This document shows, piece by piece, positions 29,822 to 39,919 of a stretch of DNA of 64,000 bases (its first letter is position 1; each line of letters opens with the position of its first letter). The notes under the pieces were generated by a model. The model saw only the letters and a list, made by a program, of their open reading frames with translations, did no database searches and had not been told where the DNA came from. The stretch comes from Planctomycetota bacterium (GTDB lineage Bacteria > Planctomycetota > UBA1135 > UBA2386): NCBI GenBank assembly GCA_965223545.1, contig OZ245006.1, forward strand, positions 7,456,001 through 7,520,000. The letters run 5' to 3'. The position numbers were made by a program, and so were the translations under genes.

Positions 29822-32059
29822 ATGCAAGCACTCGACATGTGGCCGGTGCGCCGGCCGATTCTCGGCGTGGCCGGTGTTGCGCTGCTGTCCGGCCTCGCCG
29901 CCGCCCAGCACGCGATTGCGCGGAACCACGCCGTGGCCGCCGCGCTGTGCCAGGGAGCGGGCGTCGCGCAGCTGAGCGACGGCTTGTGGGCGACCGGGTC
30001 GGCGTACAAGGCGCGCTTCAGTGCCGCCGGCGTGTCGTTCGTTCCCGCGCTCGGCGCCCGCGCCACCGTCAGTCGGCCGCTGCACTATGCGGCCCACGTG
30101 GTGGGGCGGGGCGACGGCACGGGGACCGAGCTCGCCGCTGCCGTGCCCCGGCACGAAGAGCTCGTCGTGCGCTACCAGCGCGGCGCCTGCACCGAGGTCT
30201 ACGAGGTGCGTGCCGAGGGCCTGAAGCAGAGCTTCGTGCTGCACGAGTTGCCGGCCGGCGAAGGCGACCTGTGGGTGCGCGGCGCTCTCGCAACCGACTT
30301 GGTCGTCGATGGCGACGGCGGGCGCACCCCCGCACTCGACCTGCGCGATCGCGTGCTCGGTTCCGTGGTCACCATCGATGGAGTGGTCGGCATCGACGCG
30401 CGGGGCGCGCGCACCGCCGGCTGGTTGCGCTACGACGACGGAGTGCTAGAGGTCGGCTTGCCGGCTTCCTTCGTGGACCGGGCGCAGCTACCGCTGGTGA
30501 TCGATCCGCTGATCGGCACGTCGGTGGCGCTACCGCCGGGGTCCGGGGCCAACGAGAGACCGAGCATCGCCTGGGACCGTGGCAGCGACGTCTACCTGGT
30601 CGTGTGGCAGCGGACGTTCTCGTTCTCCGATAGCGACGTGGTCGGGCAACGGGTGGCGGGCGACGGCACGCTGCTCGGCAGCCAGCTCTTCGTGCGCAAG
30701 TCGACGGTCACCAGCGCGCGACCTGCGGTGGCAAGCGTCGCGAGTCGAGGTGCGTTCGTCGTCGCCTACAGCGAGCCTGTGCCGGGCGTCGGCCGGGAGG
30801 TCTACGCGCGGGTGGTCGATGCCGCCACCGGTCGCATGCGCGACCCGGTGCAGCTGTCGTTCCCGACGCGCTGGGCGCCGTTCGGCTGGAACGACAACGT
30901 CGACGTCGGCGGCGACGTCTCGGTCGGCGGCGATCGATTGCTGTTCATGCTGGAGGCGGTTGGTGGCGACGAGGTGGCTCAGTTCACGCCGTTCGCGCTG
31001 CCGGCGACATTGGACGCGAACCAGGACCTGACGCTCGGTGCGCCGCGCTACATCGGCACCACCCAGGCGGCGTTCCCCAACACTCCGCAGGCGCGCTCGC
31101 GCATCGCGCGGGACCGCAACGGCAACGGTTGGCTGCTGGTCTGGCAGCTGCGGGGCGGGGTCGTCGAGCTCGTCCTGCTCGATCCCGATGCCACCGTGAT
31201 CAGCCAGAGGTCTACCGTCGTGCGGGGTGCGCGGCCCGGTTACGCCGTGGCCAGCGACGGCGAGGGCTGGAGCTTTGCGTTTCGCGTGACCGGTGTCGTG
31301 CGTGGGGACACCGACGTGGCGTGTGCCCGCGTCGAGTGGCGCGGTGGTGCGCTCGTCGCCGGGCCGAGCGTCCTCGTGGCCAACGACCCGGCGCGGCGCG
31401 AGGCGGTGGGCGAGCTTGCTTTCCTCGGTGATTCGCAGGCGTTGACCTACTTGCAAGAGGAGGTCTTCCGTGGCCCCTGGTCGCTGCGGGTGGCGTCTTT
31501 GGATCCGTTCTCGTGCGGGCCCTGCGATGGCGACTTGCTGGTGACTCCCGGGCTGGAAGCAGCCGCGACGTCGACGGCGATGGTCGCCGGCGGCAACGGC
31601 GAGGCCCTGCTGGCGTGGACCGATCCGACCGCTGCGCCACAGCGGGAGATCCGTGTCCAGCGCTACCGCGCGGACGATGGCGTGGTCGTCGATCTCGGTG
31701 GTGGCTGCGGTGCCGGCGCGCGTGCGTCGGCGGTGTGCGCGGTCGCCGGCAACGCCGGGTTCACGCACCGTCTCGATGGCGCGGTGCCCGGAGCGGGCGC
31801 GCTGCTGCTGCTCGGCGCTGGCACGCTCGGCCTGCCCTGTGGCAGCTGCACGCTGCAACCCGACCCAGCGACCGGTGCCGTCTTGATGGCGCCGGCCGTC
31901 GACCCCAGTGGCCGCACCGCACTCACCACTCCCTTGCCGGCGAGCGCGAGTCTGGTGGGCCAGTCGTTCATCGAGCAGTGGGTGCTGCTCACACCCGGTG
32001 GCTCTTGCGCGATCGGGCCGAGCGAGCTGTCCAACGCGCTGCGCGTCACCGTCGAGTGA
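29822..32059 (+). CDS. Secreted hypothetical protein (N-terminal domain ending LVIDP, beta-rich middle, conserved C-terminal domain)
   Basis: Signal peptide ending AAA-Q, EVYEVRAEGLKQSFVL...LVIDP, and a C-terminal PLP...LVG-x5-Q...SNAL. Confidence 0.8.
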   Translation: MQALDMWPVRRPILGVAGVALLSGLAAAQHAIARNHAVAAALCQGAGVAQLSDGLWATGSAYKARFSAAGVSFVPALGARATVSRPLHYAAHVVGRGDGTGTELAAAVPRHEELVVRYQRGACTEVYEVRAEGLKQSFVLHELPAGEGDLWVRGALATDLVVDGDGGRTPALDLRDRVLGSVVTIDGVVGIDARGARTAGWLRYDDGVLEVGLPASFVDRAQLPLVIDPLIGTSVALPPGSGANERPSIAWDRGSDVYLVVWQRTFSFSDSDVVGQRVAGDGTLLGSQLFVRKSTVTSARPAVASVASRGAFVVAYSEPVPGVGREVYARVVDAATGRMRDPVQLSFPTRWAPFGWNDNVDVGGDVSVGGDRLLFMLEAVGGDEVAQFTPFALPATLDANQDLTLGAPRYIGTTQAAFPNTPQARSRIARDRNGNGWLLVWQLRGGVVELVLLDPDATVISQRSTVVRGARPGYAVASDGEGWSFAFRVTGVVRGDTDVACARVEWRGGALVAGPSVLVANDPARREAVGELAFLGDSQALTYLQEEVFRGPWSLRVASLDPFSCGPCDGDLLVTPGLEAAATSTAMVAGGNGEALLAWTDPTAAPQREIRVQRYRADDGVVVDLGGGCGAGARASAVCAVAGNAGFTHRLDGAVPGAGALLLLGAGTLGLPCGSCTLQPDPATGAVLMAPAVDPSGRTALTTPLPASASLVGQSFIEQWVLLTPGGSCAIGPSELSNALRVTVE

Positions 32060-32148
32060 TCGCCGGGAGGAACCCGGTAGCGGGCCAACGAGTGGCATTT
32101 TCGCTGGCTCGGATCCGCTGGTGGACCGCCGGCGGGTAGGCTCGGTGC

Positions 32149-35013
32149 GTGCAGTCTCACCGACCCCGAAGCGTTCTCCCCATCGCCGCCGCCGTCTTGG
32201 CGTGCTGTGCCGCGGCGCAAGAGGCGGCGCCGCCGCCGGCGGACCCGGTGCGGAGCGCGCTCGCCGCGTTGACCCTCGAGCAGAAGGCCGGCCAGCTGTT
32301 GATGGCTTGGAGCCTCTCCAGTTCCGAGGGGCAAGAAACAGCCCGCGACCAGCTGCGCTCGTGGCTCGACGAGGTCGAGCTGGGCGGCGTGGTGTTGTCG
32401 CTGGGCCACGTCGACGAGGCCCGGGCGTGGGCGGTGGAGCTGCAGCGGCACAGCCGGTTGCCGCTGCTGATCGCCGCCGACTTCGAGGCCGGCGTCGCCT
32501 TTCGCCTCGAGGGTGGCACGGATCTCGGTTCCAACATGTTGTTGGGAGCCGGGGGCTCGGTCCAGCTGGCAGAGGAGAAGGGGAGGATCACCGCGAGGGA
32601 AGGGCTCGCGCTGGGCGTGCACTGGGGCTTTGCGCCGGTGCTCGACGTCAACGTCAACCCGCGCAACCCGATCATCAACGTGCGCTCGTTCGGCGAGTCG
32701 CCCGCGCTGGTCGCCCGCATGGGCGCGGCGTTCGTGCGCGGCATGGAGGGGGCCGGAATGCTTGCCACCGCCAAGCACTACCCCGGCCACGGCGATGTCG
32801 CCTCGGACTCGCACCTGGTGATGCCGACCGTGATCGGCGACCGCGCGCGCCTCGACGCGGTCGAGCTGCCGCCGTTCCGCGCGGCGATCGACGCCGGCGT
32901 CAGCGCGATCATGACCGGTCACTTGGCGGTGCCTGGCCTCGGTGAGGAGCCCGGCACGCCGGCGACCCTGTCGGTGCCGATCCTCACCGGCCACCTGCGC
33001 GGCGAGCTGGGGTTCGACGGCATCATCGTCACCGACGCGCTCGACATGGGTGGCGTGCGCAAGAGCATCCCGTCCGAGGAGGCCGCGGTGCGTGCGCTCG
33101 CCGCCGGGGCGGACTTGCTGCTGATGCCCACCGATCCCGTCGCGGCGCGGGCGGCGATCGTGGCGGCGGTGCGCGAAGGTCGCGTTTCCCCGCAACGCCT
33201 GGACGAGGCGGTGGGGCGGCTGTTGGCTGCAAAACAGCGGCTGGGCCTGTCGCTGCAGCGCGCGGCGGAAGTCGCGGCGCCGGCTCCCGCGCAGGAGCTC
33301 GCCGAGGCCTCCGACTCGGCCGCCGCAGAGACCGATGCGATGGTGGGCAGCGACGCGCACCGGGCGGTGGCCAAGCGGATCGCCGTGCGCGGCGTCACCT
33401 TGGCGCGCGATACCCACGGCTTGGTGCCGCTGCCGTCGGTCGAGGGCCGCAAGGTGATGGTCACCGTGCTCGATCGAGACGACGCCGGCGCCGGCGAGGG
33501 CTTTCGCGACTACATGCGCGCGCAGCTGGGGGCCGACCTCGAGTGGCATCGGCTGCACGCGGAGAGCGAGGCCGAGGCCGTGCAAGCCGCGGCGGCCGCC
33601 GTGGCCGAGGCCGAGCTCGTGCTGGGAGCGCTCTATGTTCGGGTGCGCAGCTACAGCGGTGCGATCGGCATGCCGCCCGCGCTCGGACCGGTGACCGAGG
33701 CGTTGGGCGCCGCCGGCCGCGCCGTGGTGGTTTCGTTCGGCAACCCCTATCTGCTGGCCGAGCTGGGTGAAGTCTCGACCTACCTGTGCGCCTACAACGG
33801 CGGCGAGCACACCGAGTCGGCGGTCGCTGACCTGCTCGCGGGCTACGGTCCGGCCACCGGGCGGCTGCCGGTGACGCTGCCCGACCTCGCCGAGCGCGGC
33901 ACCGGCTTGACGGTGCTGCCGGGCCGCGACCTCGGCGAAGCGCTGCCAACGGACGAGGGCTTTGCCGCCGATCTCGAGCAGCGCGTGCGCGCGGTGCTCG
34001 CCGCCGGGGTGGCGCGCGGTGCGTTCCCCGGCGCGGTCGCGCTGGTGGCGCGCCGCGGGCAGGTCGTGGTGGAGACCGCGGTCGGGTCCGAGAGCTACGC
34101 CGCGGACGCCCCGCCGGTGACGGTCGGCGCGCGGTTCGATCTGGCGTCGCTGACCAAGGTCTGTGCGACGACGCCGGCCACCCTCCGGCTCGTCGACCGC
34201 GGTGCCCTGCAGCTCGACCAGCCGGTGCACGAGCTGGTCGAGTCGTTCGGCGGCGAGGACAAGCGAGCGGTGACCGTGCGCCACCTGCTGACTCACAGTG
34301 CCGGCCTGATGGCGCACCAGCACTTCTGGGAGGAGCACGAGGGCGCCGGCGCCATCGTCGAGGCTGCGGCGGGCCGGCCGCTGGAGGCTGCGCCGGGCAG
34401 TCGCGAGCGCTACAGCGACCTCGGTCTCATCCTGCTGATGGCGTGCGTCGAGCGCGCCGCCGGGGCGCCGTTCGAGCAGGTCGTGCGCGACGAGGTGCTG
34501 CAGCCCCTCGGCATGCAGGGCGCCGTGTTCTCGCACTCGGGCCAACCGATCGACGCCGTGCCGACCGAGGCCTGTGCGTGGCGCGGCCGGGTCGTGCGCG
34601 GCGAGGTGCACGACGAGAACGCCTTCGCGATGGGGGGCGTCTCCGGCCACGCCGGTCTGTTCGGCACCGCGCGCGACGTGGCGCGGGTCGGCGTCGCGTT
34701 CTTGAGCGGTGGCCGGGGGTGGCTCTCGCCGGCCCTGACCCGGCACGCGACGCGCCGCGCGGGGTTGGTCGAGGGCAGCAGCCGGGCGCTGGGCTGGGAC
34801 ACCTACGTGCCGGGGGGCGCCGGCGGCCACCTCCTGTCCGCCGACGCGTTCGGCCACACCGGTTTTACGGGGACATCGATCTGGTGCGATCCGCGCACCG
34901 ATCTATGCCTCGTGCTGCTGACCAACCGCGTGCACCCGACGCGCGACAACCCGCAGATCACCTCTGTTCGGCAGGCGTTCGCCGACACCGTGGTCGAGGC
35001 GTTGGAGCCGTAG
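32149..35013 (+). CDS. GH3 beta-N-acetylglucosaminidase fused to a serine beta-lactamase/AmiE-like domain
   Basis: NagZ motif KHYPGHGD...DSH and TDALDM. The C-terminal domain has SxxK (ASLTK), YSD and GHTGFTG. Signal peptide present. Confidence 0.92.
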   Translation: MQSHRPRSVLPIAAAVLACCAAAQEAAPPPADPVRSALAALTLEQKAGQLLMAWSLSSSEGQETARDQLRSWLDEVELGGVVLSLGHVDEARAWAVELQRHSRLPLLIAADFEAGVAFRLEGGTDLGSNMLLGAGGSVQLAEEKGRITAREGLALGVHWGFAPVLDVNVNPRNPIINVRSFGESPALVARMGAAFVRGMEGAGMLATAKHYPGHGDVASDSHLVMPTVIGDRARLDAVELPPFRAAIDAGVSAIMTGHLAVPGLGEEPGTPATLSVPILTGHLRGELGFDGIIVTDALDMGGVRKSIPSEEAAVRALAAGADLLLMPTDPVAARAAIVAAVREGRVSPQRLDEAVGRLLAAKQRLGLSLQRAAEVAAPAPAQELAEASDSAAAETDAMVGSDAHRAVAKRIAVRGVTLARDTHGLVPLPSVEGRKVMVTVLDRDDAGAGEGFRDYMRAQLGADLEWHRLHAESEAEAVQAAAAAVAEAELVLGALYVRVRSYSGAIGMPPALGPVTEALGAAGRAVVVSFGNPYLLAELGEVSTYLCAYNGGEHTESAVADLLAGYGPATGRLPVTLPDLAERGTGLTVLPGRDLGEALPTDEGFAADLEQRVRAVLAAGVARGAFPGAVALVARRGQVVVETAVGSESYAADAPPVTVGARFDLASLTKVCATTPATLRLVDRGALQLDQPVHELVESFGGEDKRAVTVRHLLTHSAGLMAHQHFWEEHEGAGAIVEAAAGRPLEAAPGSRERYSDLGLILLMACVERAAGAPFEQVVRDEVLQPLGMQGAVFSHSGQPIDAVPTEACAWRGRVVRGEVHDENAFAMGGVSGHAGLFGTARDVARVGVAFLSGGRGWLSPALTRHATRRAGLVEGSSRALGWDTYVPGGAGGHLLSADAFGHTGFTGTSIWCDPRTDLCLVLLTNRVHPTRDNPQITSVRQAFADTVVEALEP

Positions 35014-35017
35014 CGCG

Positions 35018-35710
35018 ATGCGGGTCGTGGTGCGGTGCTTTGCCAGCGTGCGCGAGCTGCTGGGCGGCGACGAGCTCGAGGTCGAGCTGCCGGAGGGCGC
35101 CACGGTGCGCGACCTGCGCGCGCGGCTGTGCGCGCAGGCGCCGGACTTCGAGCGGCTGCGGGTGACCTGCGCGGTCAATCGCGACTACGCCACCGCCGAG
35201 CACGTGCTGGCCGACGGCGACGAGGTCGCGTTCATTCCGCCGATCAGCGGCGGCAGCGCGGCGGCGCTGTTCCGCTTCGACCTGGTCGAAGGCGCGCTCG
35301 ATCCGCGCGCACTCGAGCGCGAGGTGCGCACCGACGAGGATGGCGCGGTGGTGACCTTCGCCGGCGTGACCCGCAACCACAACGAGGGCAGCGCGGTGGC
35401 CGGTCTGCGCTACGAGGCCTACGCCGAGATGGCGGAGTCCGTCATGCAGCGGCTGTTCGAGGACGCGGTGCAGCGGTTCGCCGTCAGCCGTGCGCGGGTC
35501 GCGCACCGGCTCGGCGAAGTGCCGGTCGGCGAGGCCTCGGTCCTGGTGGTGGTCGCGGCGCCGCACCGCGGCCCGGCGTTCGACGCCTGCCGCCACCTGA
35601 TGGACCGCATCAAGAGCGAGGTGCCGATCTTCAAGCAGGAGCGTCTGATCGGCGGTGACGGCGAGCAGCGCTGGGTGGGGGACCTGCCGGCGGGCCGCCC
35701 CGAGGTGTGA
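35018..35710 (+). CDS. moaD-moaE: Fused molybdopterin synthase MoaD-MoaE (MoaX-like)
   Basis: DGDEVAFIPPISGG reads directly into GAVVTF.G..R, LRYEAY, HR.G and IKSEVPIFK.E. Confidence 0.92.
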   Translation: MRVVVRCFASVRELLGGDELEVELPEGATVRDLRARLCAQAPDFERLRVTCAVNRDYATAEHVLADGDEVAFIPPISGGSAAALFRFDLVEGALDPRALEREVRTDEDGAVVTFAGVTRNHNEGSAVAGLRYEAYAEMAESVMQRLFEDAVQRFAVSRARVAHRLGEVPVGEASVLVVVAAPHRGPAFDACRHLMDRIKSEVPIFKQERLIGGDGEQRWVGDLPAGRPEV

Positions 35711-35713
35711 GCC

Positions 35714-37030
35714 GTGGCCGAGCGGTCAGCTTCGCGGCGGCGGCTCGGCGTCGTGTCCTTGGCGGCGGTGGTGGTCGGCAACATGGTCGGCGCCGGCGTG
35801 TTCACGACGTCGGGCTTCGCGCTCGCCGATCTCGGTTCGCCGGGGCGCGTGCTGGCCGCTTGGGGCGTCGGCGCCATCGTGGCGGTGGCGGGCGCGCTCT
35901 GCTACGGCGCGTTGGCGGTGCGCCTGCGCGAGTCGGGTGGTGAGTACCTGTTCTTGTCGCGGACCCTGCATCCCGGCGTCGGCTTCGTCGCCGGCTGGGT
36001 GTCGCTGTGGGCGGGGTTCACCGGCGCCATCGCATTCGCCGCGGAGACGGCGCAGAGCTACCTCTCGCCGTGGCTGCCGCGGCCGCTGCAGGGCGATCCA
36101 TGCGGCAGCCTGCTCATCCTCGGCGCCGGCGCGCTGCACGCGGCGCGGCTGGCGGCGGGCACTCTGGTGCAGAACGTCTTGGTCGCGGTCAAGCTCATCG
36201 CCCTGCTCGCCCTGGTCGCGTTCGGCGCCTGGCACTTGCCGGACCTGGCGCCTCCGGCGGCGCTGCCGCCGTGGTCGTGGGGGGCGTTTGCGGTGACGCT
36301 GACCTGGGTCTCGCTCAGCTACTCGGGCTGGAACGCCGCCGTCTACGTCGCGGGTGAGGCGCGCGCGCTCGACCGCGCCCTGCCGCGGGCGATGCTCGGG
36401 GCGACGCTGCTGGTGAGCGCGCTCTACCTCGCGCTCAACGCCGTGTTCGTCGCCGCCGCACCGGCCCCAGACTTGGCGGTGCCCGACATCGCCGCGGCCG
36501 CCGCCGGCGCGCTCGGCGGAGCCCCCGCCGCGGCCGCGGTGCGCGCGGTCGTCGCACTGGCGTGCACGACGTCGATCTTCTCGATGGTGATGGCGGGGCC
36601 GCGGGTCTACGCGCGGATGGCGGACGACGGCGTGTTCCCGCGCTGGCTGCGCTTCCGCGGCGAGGTGCCGCGCGCCGCGGTCTGGCTGCAGGTCGGGCTG
36701 TCGGTGGCGGTGCTCTGGGCGAGCGGTCTGCGCGCCCAGCTCAGCAATCTCGGCTGGATCCTCAGCCTCGGCACCGTCCTCGCGGTGATCGGCCTGTGCG
36801 TTCTGCGGCGGCGCGAGGGCCCCGTTGCCGTACCGATCCCCGGCTATCCATGGGTGCCGCTGGGTTTCGTCGCCGCCACCCTCGGCGCCGCCGTCGGCAT
36901 GGTGCTGGTGCAGGCCGCCGCGGTGCTGCCGGCGGTGGCGGTGCTCGGCAGCGGTGTCCTCGTCTACGCGTGGTTCGCGCGGCGGGCCGCCCCCGCCGGC
37001 GGCGTCACTGATCGTTCTCGATCTTCTTAG
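35714..37030 (+). CDS. APC-family amino acid permease
   Basis: VVGNMVGAGVF, SGGEY, SYSGWNAA and GPRVY...MADDG. Multiple TM segments. Confidence 0.9.
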   Translation: MAERSASRRRLGVVSLAAVVVGNMVGAGVFTTSGFALADLGSPGRVLAAWGVGAIVAVAGALCYGALAVRLRESGGEYLFLSRTLHPGVGFVAGWVSLWAGFTGAIAFAAETAQSYLSPWLPRPLQGDPCGSLLILGAGALHAARLAAGTLVQNVLVAVKLIALLALVAFGAWHLPDLAPPAALPPWSWGAFAVTLTWVSLSYSGWNAAVYVAGEARALDRALPRAMLGATLLVSALYLALNAVFVAAAPAPDLAVPDIAAAAAGALGGAPAAAAVRAVVALACTTSIFSMVMAGPRVYARMADDGVFPRWLRFRGEVPRAAVWLQVGLSVAVLWASGLRAQLSNLGWILSLGTVLAVIGLCVLRRREGPVAVPIPGYPWVPLGFVAATLGAAVGMVLVQAAAVLPAVAVLGSGVLVYAWFARRAAPAGGVTDRSRSS

Positions 37031-38192
37031 CGACCATCTCGACGGTGCGCATCACGTCCTCGCCGAGGTCGAGCTCGCCGGTGGCGGCAAGGGTCTTCTT
37101 GGCCTTGTCGCGCTTGCGGTTCAAGAGCTCGGTCTGCGCCAGCACGCACAGCCGCTGGCCGAGCGCGTCGTCGGAGCGTTCGAAGCCGTCGCCATCGGCA
37201 CCGGCGTCGACGGGCTTGGCGCGGGCCTTCTTGGTCAGCGCCACCGCTTCTTGCGCCAGCTCGAGGGCGAACTTGCGCTCGACCGACGAGATCCGCTCGG
37301 CGTTGTTGACGGCCCACCCCGCCAGCGCGTTGCACCACTGGGCGCGGTTCTCGTCGGCGACGTCCTTCAGCGAGTGCTCCACGGCTTCGCGCGCGGCGGC
37401 GACGTCGCCGCGGTTGGCCTCCATCTGGGCCAAGTTGCGCCAGGCGGAGAACCGCACGGTGCGCTGCGGGCAGCTCCGCGCAAACGCGTACACCGGCCCC
37501 AAGTCCGCCATCGCCAGCCCGGCGCGAGCCTCGTCCGGCGGCAGCTGCTGCAAGTGGCCGACGGTGGCCTGCACGAGGTCGCCGAAGCGTAGCTGGGCGC
37601 CGGGCAGGCTCTTGCCGTCGGGGTCGAGCTCGCGGATCTTCTCGGTCTGGGCGTTCTCCTCCTCGGTGAGGCCGAGCTCCTGCAGCTTGCCCACCAAGAG
37701 CCAGCGCACGTCGAGGCCCTCCTCGGAGGTCGGCTCGTGCTTGCCGAGCTCGGTGCGCAGGCCGGTCAAGGTGCCTTCCGCGCGGCGAATGCGCGCCACT
37801 TCGCGCTCGAAGTCCTCGAGCGGCACGAAGCCGGTCATGATGTCCTCGGGCTGTCCGTCGGCCCGCAGCACGAGCATCGTGGGCAGCGTCTGCACGCTGT
37901 AGCGCTCGAACAGGGCGGCGGTGTCGGTGTCGTGCTTGGCGCTGAAACACACCATTCCGTCGAGCGCGGCAGCCGCGGCGTCGGTGTTCAGCGTTTCCTG
38001 GTAGAGCTTGCCGCAGTAGTCACTGCCGTCCGCCCAGAAGTAGACCAGCGCCAGGCCCGACTTCTGACCGGCCAGCTGCAATGCCTGGTCGAGCGAGCCG
38101 TAGTGCCATTCGATGCCGCCGCCGCAAGGCGGCGCCGCGGTCAGAGTGGGAGAGAGAAGAGTGCACAGGAGTGCGAGTCCGGTTCGGTTCAT
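37005..38192 (-). CDS. Secreted thioredoxin-fold protein with helical C-terminus (SxxC instead of CxxC)
   Basis: Signal peptide, LVYFWADGSDYC and the cis-Pro motif YSVQTLPT. Confidence 0.75.
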   Translation of the reverse strand: MNRTGLALLCTLLSPTLTAAPPCGGGIEWHYGSLDQALQLAGQKSGLALVYFWADGSDYCGKLYQETLNTDAAAAALDGMVCFSAKHDTDTAALFERYSVQTLPTMLVLRADGQPEDIMTGFVPLEDFEREVARIRRAEGTLTGLRTELGKHEPTSEEGLDVRWLLVGKLQELGLTEEENAQTEKIRELDPDGKSLPGAQLRFGDLVQATVGHLQQLPPDEARAGLAMADLGPVYAFARSCPQRTVRFSAWRNLAQMEANRGDVAAAREAVEHSLKDVADENRAQWCNALAGWAVNNAERISSVERKFALELAQEAVALTKKARAKPVDAGADGDGFERSDDALGQRLCVLAQTELLNRKRDKAKKTLAATGELDLGEDVMRTVEMVAKKIENDQ

Positions 38193-38422
38193 CGGGTTCG
38201 TCGAGTCATCGGGTTCGTCGGGGTCATCGCCCGGCGGGAGTGCGGGCACCGAGATCCGGGATGCCGCGCCGCCGCGCGGGGACTCGGGAATATGTGGGGG
38301 GTGCCCTTGGCCACCGCCGCCGGCGCAAAAGGCGTGGAGCCATTCCCGGCCGGCCGCTACCCTGCGCCGCCGAGCGGCCGAGCCGGCAAGAGGTGGCGGT
38401 TCCTGCCGAGGAGAACGTGTCG

Positions 38423-39919
38423 ATGAAGATCCGTGTGTCCGCGAGCGCCGAGGTTTCGGCGAAGTCCGATTTGGTGTTCGGCTTGGCGTTCGAGGGCAAG
38501 ACGCCGCAGCTGGGGTCCTCGCTGCAGGGCGCGGTCAAGGCGGCCAAGGCCACCGGCGACCTGGCGCCCGCTTTCCGCCGCGTGAGTGTGTTCTATCCGC
38601 GCCGCGAGGCCGGTGTGCGCCGCCTAGGGTTCGTCGGCATGGGCGCGGTCGGCGATGTGTCCACCGACCGCCTGCGGCGGGCGGCCGCGCTGGCGCAACA
38701 GCGCGCGGAGCAGCTCGGCGTGCGCGAGTTCGGCATTGTCGTCGGTGCGGCCGATCACAAGAAGATCGGCGCCGAGGCCGCCGGGGTGGCGGTTGCCGAG
38801 GGCTTGGTGCTCGGCGCCTACCGCTTCGAGCCCAAGCGCAAAGAGAAGCCGAAGCCGCGCAAGGGACAGGCCGCGGTCGTCTACTACCGGGGCGCCGCCG
38901 GCGACGGCAAGGCGTTCCGCGCGGGCTTCACCCGCGGCAAGTCGACCGGCGAGGGCACCGCCTTCGCCCGCGACCTGGGCAACCGGCCCGGCAACGAGTG
39001 CACGCCGACCTATCTGGCGAGCCAGGCGAAGAAGCTGGCGGGCACGGGGCTGTCGGTCAAGGTGCTCGAAGAGCGCGACATGAAGCGCCTGGGCATGGGG
39101 GCCTTGCTCGGCGTGTCGCGCGGCAGCGTGCAGCCGGCCAAGCTGATCGTCCTCGACGCCAAGCCATCGCGCGGCGCGGCCAAGCGCACGGTCTGCGTCG
39201 TCGGCAAGGGACTGACCTTCGACAGCGGCGGGATCAGCATCAAGCCATCGGCGAAGATGGACGAGATGCGCTACGACATGTGCGGCGGCGCGGCGGTCAT
39301 GGGGCTGTTCCACGCGATCAAGAACGGCGCCCTGCGCGGCGGCCGCACGCGGGTCGTCGGCGTGATCGCGGCGAGCGAGAACATGCCCGATGCCGACGCG
39401 CAGAAGCCCGGCGACGTCGTCACCGCGTGTGACGGGACCACCATCGAGGTGCTGAACACCGACGCGGAGGGCCGGCTGATCCTCGCCGACGCGCTCGCCT
39501 ACGCGGTCAAGACCTACAAGCCCGCGATGATGGTCGACCTGGCGACGCTGACCGGGGCGGTCGTGGTCGCCCTGGGCCACGAGATGTTCGGCGTGATGGG
39601 GGACGACACGGTCGCCGAGGCGGTGATCGCGGCCGCGGCCGAGGTCGACGACCCGGGCTGGCGCCTGCCGCTGTGGGACGTCCACAAGGAGCAGATCAAG
39701 AGCCAGTTCGCCGACATCGCCAACCTCAACAGCCCGGCGCACGGCAACGGCTCCACCGCCGGCGGCGCCTTCTTGTCGCGCTTCGTCGGCGATGTGCCGT
39801 GGGCGCACCTCGACATCGCCGGCTCGGCCTGGGGTGGCCGCGCCAAGGACTACTACCGGGGTGGTGCGTCGGGTTCGGGTGTTCGGCCCTTGGTCCAGTG
39901 GATCCGCGGCTTGGATTGA
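38423..39919 (+). CDS. pepA: Leucyl aminopeptidase (M17)
   Basis: VGKGLTFDSGG, MRYDMCG, NTDAEGRL, DLATLTGA and WAHLDIAG. Confidence 0.95.
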   Translation: MKIRVSASAEVSAKSDLVFGLAFEGKTPQLGSSLQGAVKAAKATGDLAPAFRRVSVFYPRREAGVRRLGFVGMGAVGDVSTDRLRRAAALAQQRAEQLGVREFGIVVGAADHKKIGAEAAGVAVAEGLVLGAYRFEPKRKEKPKPRKGQAAVVYYRGAAGDGKAFRAGFTRGKSTGEGTAFARDLGNRPGNECTPTYLASQAKKLAGTGLSVKVLEERDMKRLGMGALLGVSRGSVQPAKLIVLDAKPSRGAAKRTVCVVGKGLTFDSGGISIKPSAKMDEMRYDMCGGAAVMGLFHAIKNGALRGGRTRVVGVIAASENMPDADAQKPGDVVTACDGTTIEVLNTDAEGRLILADALAYAVKTYKPAMMVDLATLTGAVVVALGHEMFGVMGDDTVAEAVIAAAAEVDDPGWRLPLWDVHKEQIKSQFADIANLNSPAHGNGSTAGGAFLSRFVGDVPWAHLDIAGSAWGGRAKDYYRGGASGSGVRPLVQWIRGLD

